This document shows, in pieces, positions 18,456 through 26,599 of a DNA stretch of 45,487 nt (the first letter of the stretch is position 1; the number at the start of each line of letters is the position of its first letter). A model generated the notes under the pieces. That model had not been told where the DNA came from and searched no databases. It worked only from the letters and a program-made list of their open reading frames with translations. Position numbers and translations under genes: made by a program. The stretch comes from an uncultured Luteolibacter sp. (lineage in GTDB: Bacteria > Verrucomicrobiota > Verrucomicrobiia > Verrucomicrobiales > Akkermansiaceae): NCBI GenBank assembly GCA_964629955.1, contig CAZVSA010000003.1, positions 1-45,487 on the forward strand, read 5' to 3'.

Positions 18456-19400
18456 ATGGATTGGGTTCCTGATTTGAGACAACTGAGAGCATTCGTAGCC
18501 GTGGTGGAGGAGGGGAGCTTCACCCTTGCCGCCAGAAGACTCTTCGTGACCCAATCCGCCGTAAGCCATTCCCTCAAGGCTCTGGAGGAGCAATTGTCCT
18601 GCCGCCTGCTGGATCGCACCGGGAAACGGGTGGGAATGACCTCGGAAGGGGATCTTCTTTTCAAGCGATGCAAGCGGGTGATCTTCGAGCTGGAACAAGC
18701 GACGCGCGATCTCGATGGAATGAGGCGGTGGGGGCAGACGAGGATTCGCGTGGGAGCGCCGCACAGCCTGTGCCATTCCATGATCCCCTCCGTGATCCGG
18801 GAATTCCGGGAATGCTTTCCACGCTGCGAGCCGGTGATCGAGGCCGGCGACACCACGCTCCTGCTCGACCGTCTCGCGCTTTCCGAACTGGATCTCGTGG
18901 TGGGATTGAAGCCGCGCGGTCGCGGCGACGAAGGATACCGGCAGATGTTCCGCGACCGGCTGGCCTTTGTCGTATCGCCGTTCCACTCATGGGCGGCGGA
19001 TCCCGGCTGCGTTCTGGGAACGCTGAACGATCACCAGTTCATCATTTATGCCAAGGCCACGGAAACCCACCGGCTGATCGAGGAATGGCTGGATGACAAG
19101 AGCAACCGGGGAAAGAAACCTCTGGTGCTCGGCGACATGCAGGCGATCAAGGAAATGGCGAAACTCGGGATCGGCGTCGGAATCGTCGCGCCATGGGTTG
19201 CGGCGAGGGAGATCGAGGAAGGGAGCCTGAAGGTGGTGAACATCGCGGAGCCGGGAATCGAGCGCGAGTGGGGTGTTTTCCACTCCCCGAAACGGGAACC
19301 GAGCCTGGTGGAGGAAGCATTCATCGGGCTTTGCGAGATGGCGTTTGCGGCGATGCCGGGAGGAGGGGGGTTAAAGATTGAAGAGAATGAATTCTGTTAG
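18456..19400 (+). CDS. LysR-family transcriptional regulator (nitrate module)
   Basis: HTH DLRQLRAF...GSFTLAARRLFVTQSAVSHSLKALEEQL plus a LysR substrate domain; ATG 18456. Confidence 0.92.
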   Translation: MDWVPDLRQLRAFVAVVEEGSFTLAARRLFVTQSAVSHSLKALEEQLSCRLLDRTGKRVGMTSEGDLLFKRCKRVIFELEQATRDLDGMRRWGQTRIRVGAPHSLCHSMIPSVIREFRECFPRCEPVIEAGDTTLLLDRLALSELDLVVGLKPRGRGDEGYRQMFRDRLAFVVSPFHSWAADPGCVLGTLNDHQFIIYAKATETHRLIEEWLDDKSNRGKKPLVLGDMQAIKEMAKLGIGVGIVAPWVAAREIEEGSLKVVNIAEPGIEREWGVFHSPKREPSLVEEAFIGLCEMAFAAMPGGGGLKIEENEFC

Positions 19401-20593
19401 AAGGAGTGGTTGAGTTCGAGGGAGAGGCGGGTGGTGGTGGGGAGGTTGCTTTCGGTTTCGAAGTGGGAGAACTTGGCGATGGCGGTGATGTGGTCGTTGA
19501 ATTTTTTCATGAGGACGGAGTTGTATTCCCAGCCGAGGTTGGTGGAGATGGCGTTGTCGCCGTAGGCGTGGAGGGCGTTGGTCCATCGGATGCCTTGGAA
19601 GATGGGGACGGTATGGGAGAGGTGGATGTCGGTGAGACCGCCGTGGGTGCCGTTGATGCGCGGGCCGATGAAGACGTCGGCGAAGCCGTTGAAGAGGTGG
19701 ACGGTGGCGAGAGGGGTTTGGAAGCCGGCGTCGAGGTGTTCGAGACCGAGGGCGAGGGTGTGGTCGCCGAAGGTTTTGGTGGCGGTGAGGTGGGCGTAGA
19801 GGGCATCGCTGTTGTTGGCGGGGCCGGCTTCGTCCTGCCAGGCGAGTTCTCCGTAGAGGAGGAGTCCTGCGATGGTTCCTTTTGCGCTGATTCCGAAGGT
19901 GTTGTTGTCCCAGCCGACGGGGGCGTGGAAGTCCATGAGGTAGGCGTAGGAGCCGAGGGTGAGGCCTTCGATGCCGGTGTGGGAGAGGTTGAGGAGGTGG
20001 ATGTTTCCGGTGACGTTTTTGTTGGTGGCGATGGCTTCGGAGCCGAAGATGCGGTTGGCGCGCCCGATGTAGGCGTAGTTGAAGGTGAGGTTGTCGAGGA
20101 AGGTTGTGGAGAGGGTGATGGCGTCGAAGGTTTGTTCGTTCTGGCGCCAGCCGACGTTTCCGATGAAGGCGGCGTTGTCGTGGATGATGCGCTGGCGGCC
20201 GAGGCGGACGGTGGTTTCTAAGGCGGCGTATTGGAGGTAGGCTTGGTTGAGTTCGTTGGTCTCGGGATCGCTGATGACGGTGTTGCCGGGGGTGATGGGG
20301 TCGGCTCCGGCGTCTCCGCTGGTGTAGTCGTCGATGAGGGCCTGGGTGAATTCGCCTTCGACGAGGAGGCTGAGGCCGTGCCATGCGGTGGTTTTGAAGC
20401 CGATGCGCTCGCGGAGGGTGAAGGCGTGGGAGGGATCGAGACCGTCGGTGTCGCCGAATTCGTAGCGGGCGCGGATGTCGATGATGGGTTGGATCCAGGG
20501 TTCGGTTTTTTTGGTTTCGATGGCGATGGATCCGGGGGTTCCCGCGTGGAGGAGCGGGGTGGTGGCGAGGAGGAGGATGGTGTGTGGTTTCAT
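19397..20593 (-). CDS. alginate-export (AlgE)-family outer-membrane beta-barrel, copy 1
   Basis: Signal peptide; DPETNELNQAY, GRQRI, FIGNVGWRQNEQTFD and FQTPLATVHLFNGFAD motifs; terminal Phe. Confidence 0.82.
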   Translation of the reverse strand: MKPHTILLLATTPLLHAGTPGSIAIETKKTEPWIQPIIDIRARYEFGDTDGLDPSHAFTLRERIGFKTTAWHGLSLLVEGEFTQALIDDYTSGDAGADPITPGNTVISDPETNELNQAYLQYAALETTVRLGRQRIIHDNAAFIGNVGWRQNEQTFDAITLSTTFLDNLTFNYAYIGRANRIFGSEAIATNKNVTGNIHLLNLSHTGIEGLTLGSYAYLMDFHAPVGWDNNTFGISAKGTIAGLLLYGELAWQDEAGPANNSDALYAHLTATKTFGDHTLALGLEHLDAGFQTPLATVHLFNGFADVFIGPRINGTHGGLTDIHLSHTVPIFQGIRWTNALHAYGDNAISTNLGWEYNSVLMKKFNDHITAIAKFSHFETESNLPTTTRLSLELNHSF

Positions 20594-20631
20594 GGTGGTT
20601 GGAGAGTTGTGTGTTGGAGATGGATGGCCTG

Positions 20632-21078
20632 TTACCAGGTCTTGTAGCCGAGGAATTTTCCGTTCATGACGATCCTGACCCGGTCGCCTTTCGGGTCCTC
20701 GATGCGGTCGATGTTCATGGTGAAGTCGATGGCGCTCATGATGCCGGGACCGAATTTTTCCTCGATGAGGGCTTTGATGGTGGTGCCGTAGACGTAGATG
20801 ATTTCCTGGAAACGGTATTGAAGCGGCTCCTTGGGGATGGTGGGCGCTGCCTCGCCTTTGTTGGAGAATTCGGTGAGGGCGACGGCCACTCCGGAATCAA
20901 GTCCGAGGAATGCGGCGACCCTGTTGGCGGCGTCTTCGGGAAGGGCGTTTTCCCCGAGGCAGGCGGAGGTGGTGAAGACTTCGGAAAGTCCGGCGGCGGC
21001 GGCGATGGCTGCCCAGGTGACGTCTTTTCCGGCTTTGGCGGCGAGGATGGTTTCGGTGAGCGTGGTTTTGTTCATCAT
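20632..21078 (-). CDS. cynS: cyanase (cyanate hydratase)
   Basis: PLQYRFQEIIYVYG, EKFGPGIMSAIDF and GDRVRIVMNGKFLGY motifs. Confidence 0.96.
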   Translation of the reverse strand: MMNKTTLTETILAAKAGKDVTWAAIAAAAGLSEVFTTSACLGENALPEDAANRVAAFLGLDSGVAVALTEFSNKGEAAPTIPKEPLQYRFQEIIYVYGTTIKALIEEKFGPGIMSAIDFTMNIDRIEDPKGDRVRIVMNGKFLGYKTW

Positions 21079-21174
21079 TTATATCGGTTGTTTCTGGTTC
21101 TGGAGATGGGCACAGGGGTGCCAGTGTCCCGGAAAGGGGTTTTCCGGAAAAATGAAATCGGACTGGATGGTGTG

Positions 21175-22035
21175 TCAGGCGATAGCCGCCTTGGTCGTTT
21201 CAGCCGCCTGGACGGGGTTGGCTTCTTCGGGTGGTTGTCCGCGTTTCGATCCGGCGACGAGGAACTGCAGGATGCGGTTTCTCAACTCGAGATACCTGGG
21301 ATCGTCGATGAGGCTCGCGCGGGTGCGCGGGCGGGGAATGTCGATCTCGATGATTTCGGCGAGTTCGGCGTTGGGGCCGTTGCTCATGAGGGCGATGCGG
21401 TCGGAGAGGAGGATGGCTTCATCGACATCGTGGGTGACCATGAAGACGGTGCTGCCGGTGGATTGCCACATGCGCATGAGTTCGTCCTGGATGGAGCCGC
21501 GGGTGAGGGCATCGATCTGGGCGAAGGGTTCGTCGAGCAGGAGGAGCTTCGGATTGACGGCGAACGCGCGCGCGAGGCCGACGCGCTGGCGCATGCCTCC
21601 GGAGAGGAAGGCGGGCCGTTTCCGCGCGGCGGAGGTGAGGTTCATCATTTCGAGATATTTGTTCGTCCACGAGTCGATCTCGGCGGAAGACCAGCCGGGA
21701 TGCGCCTGGCGGACGGCGAGGCGCACGTTTTCGAAGGCGGTGAGCCACGGCATGAGGGCGAAGCTCTGGAAGACGACCATGCGCTCGAGGCCGGGCTTTT
21801 CGATGAGGTTGCCCTCGAGGAAGACGCCTCCGGTGGAAGGCTGATCGAATCCGGCGAGGATGTTGAGCAGCGTGCTCTTCCCGCAACCGGAGTGGCCGAT
21901 CATGCTCATGAACTCGCCCTTTCTCAGCTCGAATGCGACGTTCTTGAAGATGGTGACTTTCGATCCGCGGGCGGCACCGGGTTCGAGTGAAGGATAACTG
22001 CGGCCAACGTGGTCGACATAAAGGTATTTGCTCAT
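21175..22035 (-). CDS. cynD: cyanate/nitrite ABC transporter ATP-binding subunit
   Basis: [22 protein letters not shown] and THDVDEA motifs; adjacent to cynS. Confidence 0.78.
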   Translation of the reverse strand: MSKYLYVDHVGRSYPSLEPGAARGSKVTIFKNVAFELRKGEFMSMIGHSGCGKSTLLNILAGFDQPSTGGVFLEGNLIEKPGLERMVVFQSFALMPWLTAFENVRLAVRQAHPGWSSAEIDSWTNKYLEMMNLTSAARKRPAFLSGGMRQRVGLARAFAVNPKLLLLDEPFAQIDALTRGSIQDELMRMWQSTGSTVFMVTHDVDEAILLSDRIALMSNGPNAELAEIIEIDIPRPRTRASLIDDPRYLELRNRILQFLVAGSKRGQPPEEANPVQAAETTKAAIA

Positions 22036-22062
22036 AGGTGGGTCGGGATGTTGGAGGTGGGA

Positions 22063-22947
22063 TCACGCCTCGACATAAGTGAAGCGGGCGGCGAGGCGGC
22101 CGAACGCGGTGTCCAGCACGACACCGACGAGGCCGACGACAAGGATGGCGAAGAGAACCCCCGCGACATCGAGGTTGTTCCATTCGATCCAAGAGAGGTA
22201 TCCGATGCCGAGCTCCCCGAGCAGCATCTCGGCGGGTACGACGGCGACGAGCGCGGAACCGAAGGAAATGCGCAGGCCGGCGATGATCGTGGGCGCGGCT
22301 CCCGGAAGGATGACGGTGAACAGGCGGCGGGCGAAGCTCATCTCCACCATGTCCGCGACGCGGAGATAGTCCTTGCGGAGATTGGTGACGCCGAACCCGG
22401 TGTTCGCGACCGTTGGCCAGAGGGACGCCATGAAGACGACAAGAACGGAGGTCCAGAACGGGTCCTTCACCGTGAAGAGCAGGAGCGGCATCCACGCGAG
22501 CGGCGAGATGGGCTTGAGCAACTGGATGAAGGGGTTGATCGCCTTGTAAAGCAGCGGGGAAAGGCCGATCAGCACGCCGAGGAGGATGGCGATCACCGAG
22601 GCGGTCACGAAACCGGTGAAGAACCGGCCCAGGGTGTAGGCGACAAGCCAGGCGACGCCGTGGTCGTTGGTGCCTTTCTTGACGGTCGCCTCACCGAGTT
22701 CCGTCCGGATTTTCCGCCAGACTTCCATGGGGCCGGGAAAGCTTCCGGTTTTCCGTTCGTTGGCGACCCATTTCCCCGACTCGTCGCGGACGATGTCCCC
22801 GTTCATTTCCATCAGCTCCAGTTCATCGGCGCCGATGGACGACGGATCGAACGACGGGGTCCGGGTCAGCATCGACCAGATCAGGAGGAACACGATCAGG
22901 AAAAACACGCTGACCGCGTAGGGAGCGAAATGTTCGTATTTTTTCAT
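22063..22947 (-). CDS. cynB: cyanate/nitrite ABC transporter permease
   Basis: LKPISPLAWMP, WPTVANT and AEML motifs; lies between the binding protein and the ATPase. Confidence 0.78.
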   Translation of the reverse strand: MKKYEHFAPYAVSVFFLIVFLLIWSMLTRTPSFDPSSIGADELELMEMNGDIVRDESGKWVANERKTGSFPGPMEVWRKIRTELGEATVKKGTNDHGVAWLVAYTLGRFFTGFVTASVIAILLGVLIGLSPLLYKAINPFIQLLKPISPLAWMPLLLFTVKDPFWTSVLVVFMASLWPTVANTGFGVTNLRKDYLRVADMVEMSFARRLFTVILPGAAPTIIAGLRISFGSALVAVVPAEMLLGELGIGYLSWIEWNNLDVAGVLFAILVVGLVGVVLDTAFGRLAARFTYVEA

Positions 22948-22974
22948 ACCGGTGGGAGGGTTGGAGCGGGTGAT

Positions 22975-24387
22975 TCAGAGGCGCTTGATCGGGAAGCTTT
23001 TCGCGTAGCCGGCGGGGTCCGCGGGGTCGAATTCCTTGCCGAGGATGGTGTATTTCGCGGGGGCTTCACTCTTGCCCTTCAGACCCATGCTCTTGATGAG
23101 ATCCGCGCATCCGGCTTCGAGATAGACCTGTTTGGCGATCTTGTCGAAATCGGTGTCGGCCGGCAGTTGTCCCCAGCGGACCATCTGCGAGAGGATCCAT
23201 TTCGCCATCGCGGTCCAGGGCATCGGATCGAAATCGATGCGGTCCGGATCGTTGGAGATGCCTCCGAGACCGTTCGCGTAGCGGCCGGTGAGAACCTGCT
23301 TGAGGACGATTTCCGGCTGGTTGAGATAGTTGGCCGGGGCGATGGCCGAGGCGATGGCGTCGCGGTTGGCGGGATCCGACGAGTAGTAAGCGGCTTCGAT
23401 GATGGTGCGCCAGAGAGCGAGGAAGGTGTTGGGATTTTTCCTCGTGAACTCTTCGCTGACGGCGAAGGCGCAGCAGGGATGGCCGGGCCAGATTTCCTTC
23501 GTCAGCTTGTAGATGAAGCCGGCCTTTTCATAGACCGCCCGCTGGTTGAAGGGATCGGGGGCGAGATAGCCGTCAACGTTGTCGGCCTTGAGGTTCGCGA
23601 CCATTTCCGGCGGGGGGACGACGCGGATCGAGACGTCCTTGTCCGGATCGAGCCCGCCTTCCGCGAGATAGTAGCGGAGGAGGTAATTGTGCATCGAGTA
23701 GTCGAAGGGAACGCAGAAGCGGAAACCCTTCATGTCCTGCGGACCCTTGACCTTGCCCTTGTGCTTGATGTGGAGGGTGATGGCCTGGCCGTTGATGTTT
23801 TCGATCGCGGGCATGACGAAGTTCGCGGGCGGGGAGCCGACGCCGAGGCTGATGGCCAGCGGCATGGGGCTCAGCATGTGGGCGGCATCCACCTCGCCGT
23901 TGATGGCCCAGTCGCGGACGACGGCCCATCCGGCCGCCCTGCGGACTTTGGCGTTGAGGCCGTTCTTCGCGTAGAAGCCCATCGGCTCCGCCATGATGAT
24001 CGGGGTCGCGCAGGTGATGGGGATGAAGCCGATGCTGAGATCGGGTTTTTCGATGGCTCCGGCCTTCGGCTGGGCGAGGGCGATGGATTTCAGCATGTCC
24101 AGAGAGATGAAGGAGCCGATGATCGACGCGGCGGCGCCAGCTCCCGTGCGGCGGAGGAACTCGCGGCGGGTCGGTTCATGGGGAAAAAGCGCGCGGACGA
24201 CGGCGTGTTCGACGCTGGCGGCGACGAGGTCATCGGAGTTTCCGATTTTCTCATCCAAGTGGTGGGAACCGCAGGAAGGACAGGAATGGTCCGCGCCGTG
24301 GTTGCAGTGGCGGGATTCAAGACCTTTGAACGGGGCGGTCTGGCGGTCTTCAAATTCGGCGAGGGAATCGGAGGAGGAGGGGTTCAT
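22975..24387 (-). CDS. cynA: cyanate-type CmpA/NrtA-family substrate-binding protein
   Basis: GFIPITCATP, PFDYSMHN, LAPDPFNQ and WPGHPCC (versus HPEK in NrtA); internal Tat motif TRREFL; start 24387 or 24417. Confidence 0.8.
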   Translation of the reverse strand: MNPSSSDSLAEFEDRQTAPFKGLESRHCNHGADHSCPSCGSHHLDEKIGNSDDLVAASVEHAVVRALFPHEPTRREFLRRTGAGAAASIIGSFISLDMLKSIALAQPKAGAIEKPDLSIGFIPITCATPIIMAEPMGFYAKNGLNAKVRRAAGWAVVRDWAINGEVDAAHMLSPMPLAISLGVGSPPANFVMPAIENINGQAITLHIKHKGKVKGPQDMKGFRFCVPFDYSMHNYLLRYYLAEGGLDPDKDVSIRVVPPPEMVANLKADNVDGYLAPDPFNQRAVYEKAGFIYKLTKEIWPGHPCCAFAVSEEFTRKNPNTFLALWRTIIEAAYYSSDPANRDAIASAIAPANYLNQPEIVLKQVLTGRYANGLGGISNDPDRIDFDPMPWTAMAKWILSQMVRWGQLPADTDFDKIAKQVYLEAGCADLIKSMGLKGKSEAPAKYTILGKEFDPADPAGYAKSFPIKRL

Positions 24388-24436
24388 GAGATGAGGATGG
24401 GGACGGGGACGGTTCATGACGGGAGTTGCGTTGGTG

Positions 24437-25504
24437 TCAGTTGAAGGCGGGGGAGAGAGCGAGGGCTTCGTCGTAGAGGTCCTCGCGGAAAAGGGTGTGG
24501 AGGCTTTCCTCGTTGAGGGGAGGAAGACCCGGCGCCAGGCCGTGGCGGCGGATTGCATCCATCACCCAGCGTGCCTTGGCGATGGACGGGCGGGAGGCAT
24601 CGTTCCGGTGGAAGACGATGGCGCTGTTCGCATCGGTGGTGCGGTTGTCCCCCATCTGATAGGGGCCGACGAGCGCGTTGCGGATCGCGGAAACCGGCAC
24701 CGAAAGATAGGCGGGTGATGCCAGAAGGTTGGAAAGAGCACGGCGATTCGGGAAACGGTCGCACCAGCGGGCCGCTTCAAGGAGGGCGGCGATGAGGCGG
24801 ATGTGTTCGTTGTGCCGGTCTTCCTCGAACTCACGGCGGACGAGGAAGATTTTTTCGGGATGCATCGGATCGAGATCCGCGCTGAGGGTGACGCACCAGC
24901 CGATGCCCCTGAGCAGGCCGGTGGATGTCCATGGTTCCGCGACGCAGTAGCCGTCGAGGTGGCCTTGCTCCATGAGATCGGCCACGAGGGGAGGGGGGAC
25001 GATGGCGATGTCCACGTCACGGTCGGGATCGATGCCGCCGGAGAGGAGCCATTGGCGCATCAGATAGTGCTGGGATGAATATTTCAGAACACCGGCGAAG
25101 GTGAAACGGCGGCCGGGATTCCTGCGGATCACCTCCTTGAGGGATTTCGCGTCGGTGACGCCCATTTCATGGAGCCGGCGGGAGATGGCGATGGCGTTTC
25201 CGTTGTGAGCGAGGACGAGCCCGGTGAGTCCCTGGACCGGAGCGACGCCGAGGCCGAGCGTCATTTCAAACACCATGCTGGCCGGGGCGTGCGCGGCATC
25301 GATTTCGCCGTGGAGCATTTTTTCCCGGACGGAGGCCCAGCCGGCTTCGCGGGAAAGGCGGACATCGAGATCGTATTGGAGGAAGAGGCCTAGTTCGTGG
25401 GCGGCGATCAGCGGTGAGCAATCGGTGAGCGGAACATAGCCGATCGTGATCCTTCTGGAAGGACTCTTGCTTCGGATCGAAGGCGATGCGGAGCGTGGTG
25501 GCAT
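24437..25504 (-). CDS. second cytoplasmic NrtA/CmpA-family protein (NasS-like putative sensor)
   Basis: ITIGYVPLTDCSP, WASVREK, YSSQH, YCVAEPW and HPEKIF motifs; no signal peptide; first gene of the cyn operon. Confidence 0.8.
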   Translation of the reverse strand: MPPRSASPSIRSKSPSRRITIGYVPLTDCSPLIAAHELGLFLQYDLDVRLSREAGWASVREKMLHGEIDAAHAPASMVFEMTLGLGVAPVQGLTGLVLAHNGNAIAISRRLHEMGVTDAKSLKEVIRRNPGRRFTFAGVLKYSSQHYLMRQWLLSGGIDPDRDVDIAIVPPPLVADLMEQGHLDGYCVAEPWTSTGLLRGIGWCVTLSADLDPMHPEKIFLVRREFEEDRHNEHIRLIAALLEAARWCDRFPNRRALSNLLASPAYLSVPVSAIRNALVGPYQMGDNRTTDANSAIVFHRNDASRPSIAKARWVMDAIRRHGLAPGLPPLNEESLHTLFREDLYDEALALSPAFN

Positions 25505-25516
25505 GCGCCCAAAGAA

Positions 25517-25533
25517 AGCAACCGGGATTCCAA
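25517..25533 (-). promoter_or_regulatory. sigma54-like promoter for the cyanate operon
   Basis: Minus strand reads TTGGAATCCCGGTTGCT (GG-N10-GC, canonical TTGC). Confidence 0.6.
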
Positions 25534-25611
25534 CGCCAGCCGGAAGGATGTTTCACAGGGCGAAACTATTTGCACAAATTGGTGAATGAAATCGAACACT
25601 AAATCTTCATT

Positions 25612-25628
25612 GGGGCATGGCGGCTGCT
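25612..25628 (+). promoter_or_regulatory. sigma54-like promoter for the second LysR gene
   Basis: GGGGCATGGCGGCTGCT (GG-N10-GC); predicted +1 falls next to ATG 25640. Confidence 0.45.
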
Positions 25629-25639
25629 TGCGATGAGGT

Positions 25640-26569
25640 ATGGAAGAAATCGTCGATTCGAGGCATCTTCGGGTGTTTGTGACCGTCGTGAGGGAGGGCA
25701 GTCTGCGCAAGGCCGCGAAGCGCCTGCACCTGACTCCATCCGCGGTTTCACACGCGTTGAAGGCATTCGAGAACACGCTCGGGAGTGTGCTTTTCGAGAG
25801 GACGACCCGCAGTCTTGTTCTTACGGAGGAAGGCGGAAGGATGCTCCAGCAGGCGGAACCGCTGCTGGAGGGGTTGGAGAATCTTTGCAGTTCCGCGAGA
25901 CGGAGGACGGATCCGAGACAGGGGCGGTTGAGGATCGGGGCGAGCCCGACGGCGTGCCAGTATCTCGTGCCGGGGGTGATCCGCGAATTCAAGGACAGTT
26001 GCCCGCATGTTTCGATCCAGATCCGCCAGGCATCGGCGGCGGTGATCGCGGAGGAATTGGCGGCCGGGAGGATCGACCTCGGGATCAGTCCGAGGTCGCC
26101 GGATCACCGCGGGTTGCATTCGGTGGAACTCGCTTCGGACGAGCTGGCTTTCATCGTCCATCCCATGCATGCGTGGGCGCGGACGGGGAAAGTGAACCGG
26201 TCGAAGATCGGGAACCAGCGCTTCATTCTGGCGGAGAGCCGGTCGCTGACGAAGCAGTTGATCGATGATTATCTGCGCCGGGAGAATCTGGTCATCCAGC
26301 CGTTCATCGAAATTGGAAACGAAGAGGTGATCAAGGAGTTGGTGCGGCTCGATATCGGAGTGGGGATTCTTCCGCGTTGGATCGCGGCGGAAGAGATCGA
26401 CAAGGGGATGCTGGTCGCGCTTTCACTGGGGCGGAAACCTCCGGTGCGCGAGTGGGTGATCGCGCACCGGAACAACCGGAAGCTGACATTTCCGGAGAAT
26501 CTGTTTGTCGGAATCAGCCGATTGGTGGCGATGAACCGGATCGGGGTGATGGGTGGTGGAAATTCGTAA
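25640..26569 (+). CDS. LysR-family transcriptional regulator (cyanate module)
   Basis: DSRHLRVF...GSLRKAAKRLHLTPSAVSHALKAFE HTH; paralog of the LysR at 18456-19400. Confidence 0.92.
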   Translation: MEEIVDSRHLRVFVTVVREGSLRKAAKRLHLTPSAVSHALKAFENTLGSVLFERTTRSLVLTEEGGRMLQQAEPLLEGLENLCSSARRRTDPRQGRLRIGASPTACQYLVPGVIREFKDSCPHVSIQIRQASAAVIAEELAAGRIDLGISPRSPDHRGLHSVELASDELAFIVHPMHAWARTGKVNRSKIGNQRFILAESRSLTKQLIDDYLRRENLVIQPFIEIGNEEVIKELVRLDIGVGILPRWIAAEEIDKGMLVALSLGRKPPVREWVIAHRNNRKLTFPENLFVGISRLVAMNRIGVMGGGNS

Positions 26570-26599
26570 ATGAGACGGATGTGTCCGGTTCGCGAAAGA

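Noticed and set aside
25540..25610. LysR box for the cyanate operon
   Set aside because: At the expected 51-bp offset only a half match is present (GTGAATGAAATCGAA, 25582), with other scattered half-sites; too degenerate to call.
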